Below are positions 25,632 to 32,000 of a stretch of 32,000 nucleotides of DNA, piece after piece. A program made the translations under genes and the position numbers. Under the pieces are notes generated by a model. The model saw nothing but the letters and a program-made list of their open reading frames with translations. It was not told the origin of the DNA and made no database searches. Location of the stretch: contig NC_010628.1 of assembly GCF_000020025.1 (NCBI RefSeq), positions 2,700,001-2,732,000 on the forward strand. Direction: 5' to 3'. The number at the start of each line of letters is the position of its first letter. The first letter of the stretch is position 1. The stretch comes from Nostoc punctiforme PCC 73102. Lineage in GTDB: Bacteria; Cyanobacteriota; Cyanobacteriia; Cyanobacteriales; Nostocaceae.

Positions 25632-26695
25632 TTGATAAATAATATTCGCAATCGCTTTAGGGGTTTTAAGCGCAAAAGGGTTGAACCATCACAACTAAAA
25701 CAGTTGGTACATGAGTTATTGGAGGAGTCTAGTCTCGACGCAACATATTTGATTTTGATTATTGGCTCATGTGCGTTAGCGAAGCTCCTCCGAAGGAGAT
25801 CGCTACATTTGGTCTACTTGCCAATAGCACTGCTGTAATTATCGGCGCAATGATTATCGCACCTCTGATGTTGCCAATTCGAGGTTTAGCCTTTGGTGCA
25901 TTAATTGGAAATATCAACTTATTTCGTAAAGGCGTAATAGCAGTATTCTTAGGCACATTACTAGCACTTTTAATTTCTTGCAGTATAGGTTGGATCGTTA
26001 ATCTACCTAGTTTCGGCAGTGAAGTGCTATCTCGCTCCAAACCTAACCTGCTTGATTTGGGTATTGCAGTTGCAGCAGGTTGTATCAGTGGCTACGCTAA
26101 AGTCAATTCAAAAATTTCTGCTAGTGTGGCAGGGACAGCAATAGCTGTTGCCCTTATGCCCCCAATTTGCGTCATCGGTTTAGGTCTAGCAAAATTTAAC
26201 TTGTCACTCAGCTTAGGAGCAACTTTGCTCTATCTAACTAACCTTTTGGGTATTAGCCTTGCTTGTATGCTGACATTTTTATTCACCGGCTATTCTCCAG
26301 TCGATCGCGCACGAAAAGCGCTGCTATGGGCATTGGCTTTAACAGGTGCTTTACTAATACCTTTAACTGTGAGCTTTACTCGATTAGTTAGACAAGCAGA
26401 ACTCGAAACCCATTTGAGAAAGGCACTCCTGAACCGAACTGTAACTTTTCAACGTTTGGAACTACTGAAAACTGATACTAATTGGCTGAGTAATCCGCCT
26501 CAAGTTCGCTTGAGCGTTAGCGCACAATCACCTGTAACATCAAAGCAAGTAAGCCTTTTAGAATCGTTTCTTGAAAAAGAAATTGGGCAACGTTTTTCCC
26601 TGATTTTTGAAGTTAGTCAGGTAAAAGAAGTCAGACGAGAAAAACCAGATTCTCCTAACAAAAGTCTAATAGACAAGGAAGAAAAGGAGGAATGA
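25632..26695 (+). pseudogene. DUF389-family membrane protein interrupted by a 23-nt insertion (frameshift)
   Basis: Track ORFs 25632-25838 and 25769-26695 are the N- and C-parts of one DUF389 protein (..LDATYLILIIGSCA | IATFGLLANSTAVIIGAMIIAPLMLPIRG..). They lie in frames offset by 2. Removing 25776-25798 joins them in frame. Confidence 0.65.
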
Positions 26696-27210
26696 ATAAC
26701 GAACCTAGAGAATTAGAATCTATAAAACCAGGAAACAGCCGTAAAAGACGCAGATTAAGTTTAAAGGGTGAATTTGCTCTAGCTTCAATGCCAACGCTGA
26801 CGATCCTAACGGTGCTAGCTCTGGTTGAGGTACTTAGTCGTCAGCGACTTTTATTCGCCTCTCTTGCTTCTAGTGCCTTCCTAATTTACTTAGACCCGCA
26901 ACACGGCACTAATACAGTGCGGACACTTATCATCTCTCAAATGTTGGCAGCGGCCATTGGCTTATTCACCTACTTGGTTTTGGGGCCTGGGTATTTATCG
27001 GCTGGAAGTGCAATGATTTTGACAATTGTTCTAATGATATTGTTAGATGTCGTTCATCCTCCCGCAGTCGCCACTTCGTTGAGTTTTGCTCTCAAGGCGG
27101 GTAATGAAAACAATTTAGTTTTATTTGGTTTGGCAGTCGGCATTATTGCCACACTGGTTTTGTTGGAACGGTGTGCTTTGTGGCTACTGACACATTACAG
27201 TCGCGATTGA
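26692..27210 (+). CDS. HPP-family membrane protein (copy 2)
   Basis: The protein is 172 aa with the motif DVVHPPAVATSL. It is highly similar along its whole length to 22574-23092. The ATGA start/stop overlaps the DUF389 gene, with an AAGGAGG RBS inside that gene's 3' end. Confidence 0.8.
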   Translation: MNNEPRELESIKPGNSRKRRRLSLKGEFALASMPTLTILTVLALVEVLSRQRLLFASLASSAFLIYLDPQHGTNTVRTLIISQMLAAAIGLFTYLVLGPGYLSAGSAMILTIVLMILLDVVHPPAVATSLSFALKAGNENNLVLFGLAVGIIATLVLLERCALWLLTHYSRD

Positions 27211-27373
27211 TGTGACACAAGTTCAAAAACATGAGCCAAAAATAGTAAAATAATTTTTTATGTTTTCAACTAGTAAATAATTCTTATATTAAGTTGTGAT
27301 AATTCTGACCATAAATCATAAAATATGAACTGATCCTACTATTCTAAAAACACTGAATTGTTTTAGGAAAATT

Positions 27374-28945
27374 ATGGCATTAGATTCTACCACGAGCGAA
27401 GTTGTAATTGCAGAACAACTCAAGCAATTTCTACTAGTATTATCTGTCTCATTGGGTGTAGCAACACTACCACAAATTTTTAGTTGGTTGCGCCGCATTC
27501 CTTATACACTCTTACTAGTCATAGTGGGATTAGGGTTAGCATTCGTCAATGTACGATTGGTTAATCTCTCTCCTGAATTGATTCTGATGATTTTCTTACC
27601 ACCCCTGCTGTTTGAAGCTGCTTGGAATTTGAAATGGTCAGACTTAAAGCGGGATTTGTTCCCTATTTGTTTGTATGCAGTAGTAGGGGTAATAATTTCT
27701 ATTGCCGGAGTAGCAATCGGTCTTCATCAATTCGCTGGACTTGAACTTAGCATTGCTCTATTAGTTGGAGCTAGTCTATCAGCAACCGATCCAGTTTCGG
27801 TAACGGCTCTATTTCGGGAACTAGGAGCAAGCAAACGTTTAAGAACGCTGATGGAAGGAGAAAGTTTATTTAATGATGGCATGGCCGTTGTGGCTTTTGG
27901 CTTATTAGTTGCTCTGCCGTTAGGTAATGCCAAACTTGATTTACAGTCTGCTTTATTAGAATTTTTTCAAGTAGTAGGCATTGGTATCAGCGTTGGAGGA
28001 CTAATTGGGTTTGGTATTTCCTATCTAACCCAACGTTTCGACTTACCATTAGTAGAACAATCCCTTACCCTGGTTTCTGCCTACAGCACTTACCTAATTA
28101 CAGAATATTTGGGTGGTTCTGGAGTGATTGGAGTTGTCACCACAGCTTTAATTTTAGGCAACTTTGGCTCACGCATTGGCATGAACCCGCGCACGCGGTT
28201 TATTGTAACTGAATTTTGGGAATTTCTAGCTTTTTTTGTGAATTCGATTGTATTTCTCTTAATTGGCGATCAAATTCGCTTTGCTGTCTTAGGAGATAAC
28301 CTAAAAACTATTGCAGTGACGATCGCAGCTATGGTTGTAGGACGGGCAGTATCTATTTATGCTTTAAGTAGTCTCAGCAACTGGTTAGCTAAATCCAACA
28401 TTCCTTTATCTGAACAAACTGTATTGACGTGGGGTGGGCTGCGCGGCTCTGTTTCCATTGCCCTGGCCTTGAGTGTACCAGCCATACTCCCGCAAAGGGA
28501 AGAAATTATTGCTACAGTATTTGGAGTAGTTTTATTTACACTGTTAGTACAAGGCTTAACTACTCAACCATTATTAGAGAAACTCCAACTTTTAGGTTCG
28601 CAACCGCTACATCAAAAATACACCGAAGCAATTGCCCGTCAAGTCGCTCTCCAACGGGCGCTGGAATATTTAGAAACAACACAAAAGCGTCCCGGCATTC
28701 AGCCAGAGTTTTATCATTACCAGAAGACGCTGCTTTCAGGAGAAATTACCTTTTTGCAAGAAGAAATTGACAAGTTACTTGATGAATACCCGAATTTGCA
28801 AGAATTTACAACCGAAGAGCTGCGAGGGGAATTGCTGGCAATTGAAGCTGATACATACGCTGAGTTTGTCCGCGCAGGTAAGTTAAATAAAGAACTGTCA
28901 CCTTTTTTGCAAACAACCCATGATGTCACAGATGGAAAGGAATAA
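27374..28945 (+). CDS. Na+/H+ (cation:proton) antiporter, CPA1/NhaP type, with cytoplasmic C-terminal domain
   Basis: The protein is 523 aa with 10 or more TM segments. The NhaP-type motif is SLSATDPVSVTALFRELG, and ESLFNDG is also present. A soluble tail of about 120 aa follows. Confidence 0.8.
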   Translation: MALDSTTSEVVIAEQLKQFLLVLSVSLGVATLPQIFSWLRRIPYTLLLVIVGLGLAFVNVRLVNLSPELILMIFLPPLLFEAAWNLKWSDLKRDLFPICLYAVVGVIISIAGVAIGLHQFAGLELSIALLVGASLSATDPVSVTALFRELGASKRLRTLMEGESLFNDGMAVVAFGLLVALPLGNAKLDLQSALLEFFQVVGIGISVGGLIGFGISYLTQRFDLPLVEQSLTLVSAYSTYLITEYLGGSGVIGVVTTALILGNFGSRIGMNPRTRFIVTEFWEFLAFFVNSIVFLLIGDQIRFAVLGDNLKTIAVTIAAMVVGRAVSIYALSSLSNWLAKSNIPLSEQTVLTWGGLRGSVSIALALSVPAILPQREEIIATVFGVVLFTLLVQGLTTQPLLEKLQLLGSQPLHQKYTEAIARQVALQRALEYLETTQKRPGIQPEFYHYQKTLLSGEITFLQEEIDKLLDEYPNLQEFTTEELRGELLAIEADTYAEFVRAGKLNKELSPFLQTTHDVTDGKE

Positions 28946-29040
28946 GTGTATGTCTCATAGTAAGCGATCGCAACTTGACAAAATTGTAAACTTTTTAGGT
29001 TCTGTCTTCATTTGCTCCAGCCGTCAAAAATGCTATCCGT

Positions 29041-30333
29041 TTAAAGGCTCCCAAGACCAACTACAGGTAATTGAACGCTTACTTTAGTACCTGTCATGGT
29101 GTCAGATTCAATAGATAATTCTCCACCATGAGCATTGACGATACGTTTGCTAATGGCAAGCCCCAACCCAGTACCGCTTGGTTTTGTGGAAAAGAACGGC
29201 TGCGTTAGCTTTGACAAAACCTCTGAAGGAATTGGCTCACCACCATTGCAGACATTAATGCAGATTTTATCAAAAGACGAACTATCCACTTCCCATTTAA
29301 TCGCATCTCCGGCTGAGACTGCCTCACAAGCATTGCGGACAATATTAATAAACACTTGTTTTAGCTTATCTTTATCTCCTAAGATTTTGACTGAAGGTAA
29401 CGCTGGGATAAATTCGATTTGCCGTGAGAGTGCTTCTGGCATCTCGCATATTGGCATCAGTAATTCACAAATAAATTCATTCACATCCAATTCACACAGT
29501 TGCAATACCTGGGGTTTGGCATAAAGCAAAATTTCACTCAGCAGATTTTCTAGCCGACTAGCCTCACTAAGTGCCAGCGATAATCGTTCAAAAGCCGCTT
29601 CAGTCAGAACAGTTTTCTTAAAATACTTCAATCCCATAATCATTGTGGTCAGGGGATTGCGAATTTCATGCACAATCATCGCCGCAAATTCACCAATAGC
29701 TGCCAGCCGTTCCTGTTCTAAAAGTTTGGCTTGGGCTGCTTGTAGTTCTGCGGTGCGTTTTTCTACCTCAGTCTCCAGGATATGATTAAATTGGCACTGC
29801 TGCTGGTAAAGATGGTAATGATCGATGGCAGTAGCAGCACGTTCAGCGAACAATTCCACAATTTGGATTTCTTCTTTTGTAAATTCCCTCGCTTGCCGAT
29901 GAAAAGAGCAAACAGTACCGAAGACTTGACCTTCAGTAGTTTGCAAAGGTATCCCTAAATATGCTCGATAACCTGGCGCAGGTTTACCATATTCTGGATT
30001 AGCCACAGCATCCTCAACAGCTAATGTGCGCCCAATTTGCAAAACTGTGGCAATCAATCTACCATGCAGTGCATAAACACGAGGTGTATCTTCGGACATT
30101 TCCAGACTACTCGCTAGAATAGTTTCAAACCCCTCTTGGCAAAAGGTAACAACCGTCCAATCAACTGCAATCAGTTCGCTGACTCCACAGGCAATGTTGT
30201 GTAAATAGCTACCTATTTCACCAGTGCGATAGTTCAAAGAGGATAAACGTGCTATTATCTGCCGTTCGCGCTGCCAAGGCTGTTGCAACAACATTTCTTC
30301 ATCATCGGCTTTGCTCATGGATGCTTGTTGCAT
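29041..30333 (-). CDS. Cytoplasmic GAF-domain sensor histidine kinase
   Basis: No TM segments are seen. The N-terminal half is GAF-like. The H-box is VHEIRNPLTTM, the N-box is FINIVRNACEA, and the G-box is GTGLGLAISKRIVNAHGGEL. Confidence 0.8.
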   Translation of the reverse strand: MQQASMSKADDEEMLLQQPWQRERQIIARLSSLNYRTGEIGSYLHNIACGVSELIAVDWTVVTFCQEGFETILASSLEMSEDTPRVYALHGRLIATVLQIGRTLAVEDAVANPEYGKPAPGYRAYLGIPLQTTEGQVFGTVCSFHRQAREFTKEEIQIVELFAERAATAIDHYHLYQQQCQFNHILETEVEKRTAELQAAQAKLLEQERLAAIGEFAAMIVHEIRNPLTTMIMGLKYFKKTVLTEAAFERLSLALSEASRLENLLSEILLYAKPQVLQLCELDVNEFICELLMPICEMPEALSRQIEFIPALPSVKILGDKDKLKQVFINIVRNACEAVSAGDAIKWEVDSSSFDKICINVCNGGEPIPSEVLSKLTQPFFSTKPSGTGLGLAISKRIVNAHGGELSIESDTMTGTKVSVQLPVVGLGSL

Positions 30334-30909
30334 GGTTTAGCAAAATAAGTTAAAAAATCAAATATTAAATATTGGATTTTCCAGGTATTAACTCTGCACA
30401 TCCTAATAATTTTGATGGGGAAATTTTACTAGATAAATGTGCTATTTATGCAGAAAAAGTATGAATTTTTACTTAAATAAATGTAAATTTTTATAACAAA
30501 TAGCAAGCGAAAATCAGGTTGGTTATGGTCAGTGAAGCGAAACAATCCTATAGCCTTAAGATAACTTGACTTTAGTCTGCTTTATTCACAATGACATAGT
30601 TATAGTAAAAGTCAGAAGGGACACAAGGTCTTGTGCCTATACAGAAGTTTTGCTCTATATCTGGCTGGCTATAGATTTGAAAAATCATATCTGACAAAGT
30701 GACGTATATTTTTTTACATTTAATTACTTGTAAGATAAAAATTTAAATTTTGCTGAGAAATCTGTAAGAAGTTTCTAAGGGAAATATCAGTTTTTTAGAT
30801 ATCAATCCTTATCTATTCATAATTATTAGATAAATTATTTAAGCAATAATCAGTTTAAAGTTCAAGCTAACAGCTATATTGCTGATTGAAGCATTGAGGA
30901 ATTGAAATT

Positions 30910-31440
30910 ATGAAATTAAGACATTTATTAATACTGGGCTTGTCTTCTCTTGTCATGGTTGGCTGCGTCCCCGAAGTCTCAAAGAACCAGGCTAATGAAA
31001 GTCCTATAGCTGTGAATGCCTCTGTTCCCGTGTCTTCAACTCAGGCGAAACCGTTAGCCAACTCAGCACAATCTCCAGATTCAACTGCTATTAAGTCAGG
31101 CACATTTGTTTCTGGAGAACAAAAAACTCAAGGGAAAGTTAATATTACCACTAAAGACGGCAAATCATTTCTAGAGCTTGATGAGTCATTTAAGACTTCT
31201 GAATCAGGGCCAGATTTAGTAGTAATTTTGCATCGTTCAGATAACGTGATTAATTCAACTAAGCCACCATCGTATCCTTTAAAAAACGGAGATTATTTTA
31301 TCATAGCTCCGTTACAAAAATATAGTGGCGCTCAAACATATTCTATTCCTCAAAATATCAATTTAGCAGACTATAAATCTGCCGCTATCTGGTGTCGCAA
31401 GTTTAATGCTACTTTTGGCGCTGCTAGTTTGAGTCAGTAA
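30910..31440 (+). CDS. Lipoprotein with DM13-like domain
   Basis: The signal peptide has a lipobox (LVMVGC). The C-terminal pattern G.F......G.V.I......L.L...F....GPDL.V.L is followed by CRKFNATFGAA, which is typical of DM13 domains as I recall them. Confidence 0.5.
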   Translation: MKLRHLLILGLSSLVMVGCVPEVSKNQANESPIAVNASVPVSSTQAKPLANSAQSPDSTAIKSGTFVSGEQKTQGKVNITTKDGKSFLELDESFKTSESGPDLVVILHRSDNVINSTKPPSYPLKNGDYFIIAPLQKYSGAQTYSIPQNINLADYKSAAIWCRKFNATFGAASLSQ

Positions 31441-31483
31441 ATATTAACCAACAACTGAAAAATCAATCACTAGGAGAAAGTTT

Positions 31484-32000
31484 ATGAAACTAGAAGGAAA
31501 AGTTGCCCTAGTAACTGGGAGCAGTCAAGGAATTGGACAGGGAATTGTTCTCGGTCTAGCTCAAGCAGGGGCAAATGTGGTAATTAACTATCGTTCTCAC
31601 CCAGAAGGAGCAGAGGATACTTTAGCAAAGGTGGAGGCGATTGGTGGTAATTGTCACATAGCTCAGTGTCCAAAATCTCATGGTTATACAGTTCAGGCAG
31701 ATTTGGGCAGTGTCGATGAAGTACGCCAACTGATTGCAGAAAGTATTAACCATTTCGGCAAGCTAGATATTTTGGTAAATAATGCTGGCATTGAAAAACA
31801 CGCACCATTTTGGGATGTCACAGAAGCAGATTACGACGCTGTAATGAATGTCAATTTAAAAGGTGTTTTCTTTGCCACTCAAGCTTTTGTACAACACCTG
31901 ATTGAAACTAAAAGAACGGGAAAAATTATTAATATTAGTTCGGTGCATGAAGAACTACCATTTCCCAATTTCACAGCTTACTGTGCTAGCAAAGGCGGAA
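31484..32000 (+). CDS. Short-chain dehydrogenase/reductase (glucose-1-dehydrogenase/FabG-like), 3' end outside the window
   Basis: I translated it by hand from the ATG at 31484, with AGGAGA 7 nt upstream: MKLEGKVALVTGSSQGIGQGI... (TGxxxGIG), NNAG, ISS...YCASKGG (the catalytic Tyr-x3-Lys begins here). It is not in the ORF track because it runs off the window. Confidence 0.8.
   Translation, partial: MKLEGKVALVTGSSQGIGQGIVLGLAQAGANVVINYRSHPEGAEDTLAKVEAIGGNCHIAQCPKSHGYTVQADLGSVDEVRQLIAESINHFGKLDILVNNAGIEKHAPFWDVTEADYDAVMNVNLKGVFFATQAFVQHLIETKRTGKIINISSVHEELPFPNFTAYCASKGG

Noticed and set aside
25447-25635. 62-aa ORF upstream of DUF389
   Set aside because: It is AT-rich and low-complexity, contains the ACTAATG heptamer repeats, and has no RBS or motifs.
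1-32000. Search for tRNA, rRNA, riboswitch or CRISPR features
   Set aside because: I found no cloverleaf-compatible GTTC..A/TGGT-type segments, rRNA-like conserved blocks or spaced repeats on visual inspection. Dedicated tools (tRNAscan-SE, Infernal) would be needed for a definitive negative.

Overview
The window looks like a chromosomal segment from a Nostoc-type (heterocystous) cyanobacterium. I base that on about twenty exact HIP1 octamers (GCGATCGC) counted by eye, heptameric STRR-like tandem repeats, and small GC-rich dispersed hairpin repeats.

Layout:
(1) 1-8.4 kb is the 3' end of an NRPS cluster. The last module is C-A(Pro code)-PCP-TE. It is followed by a 4-methylproline supply cassette (putative Fe/2OG hydroxylase, Zn-dehydrogenase, P5C-reductase homologue) and an ABC exporter. 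This gene order matches the nostopeptolide (nos) cluster.
(2) 8.9-11.4 kb is a microviridin-class RiPP cassette. Its 44-codon precursor gene is NOT in the supplied ORF track (PFFARFL leader, TYKFPSDLED core). Two ATP-grasp macrocyclase genes follow.
(3) 11.5-16.4 kb holds a LamG-patatin fusion, a small Gly-zipper membrane protein, and a second ABC exporter that is a close paralogue of the first. The RiPP cassette is therefore bracketed by about 2-kb direct repeats.
(4) 16.6-20.2 kb is a visibly GC-richer block. It contains a frameshifted OYE flavin oxidoreductase, a secreted adenosine-deaminase-like protein, and a decayed IS4-family transposase.
(5) 20.5-29 kb carries membrane and ion-homeostasis genes: GMC oxidoreductase, DUF1622, two HPP paralogues, a Gly-zipper protein, a ZIP transporter, a DUF389 gene interrupted by a 23-nt mini-insertion, and an NhaP antiporter. 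A decayed histidine kinase also lies here.
(6) 29-32 kb has a GAF histidine kinase (minus strand), a DM13 lipoprotein and a partial short-chain dehydrogenase.

I saw no rRNA, tRNA or CRISPR array. All calls rest on motif reading and recalled family knowledge, because no database search or computation was possible. The best candidate for something new is the non-canonical microviridin locus (items 2-3) with its unusual accessory genes.
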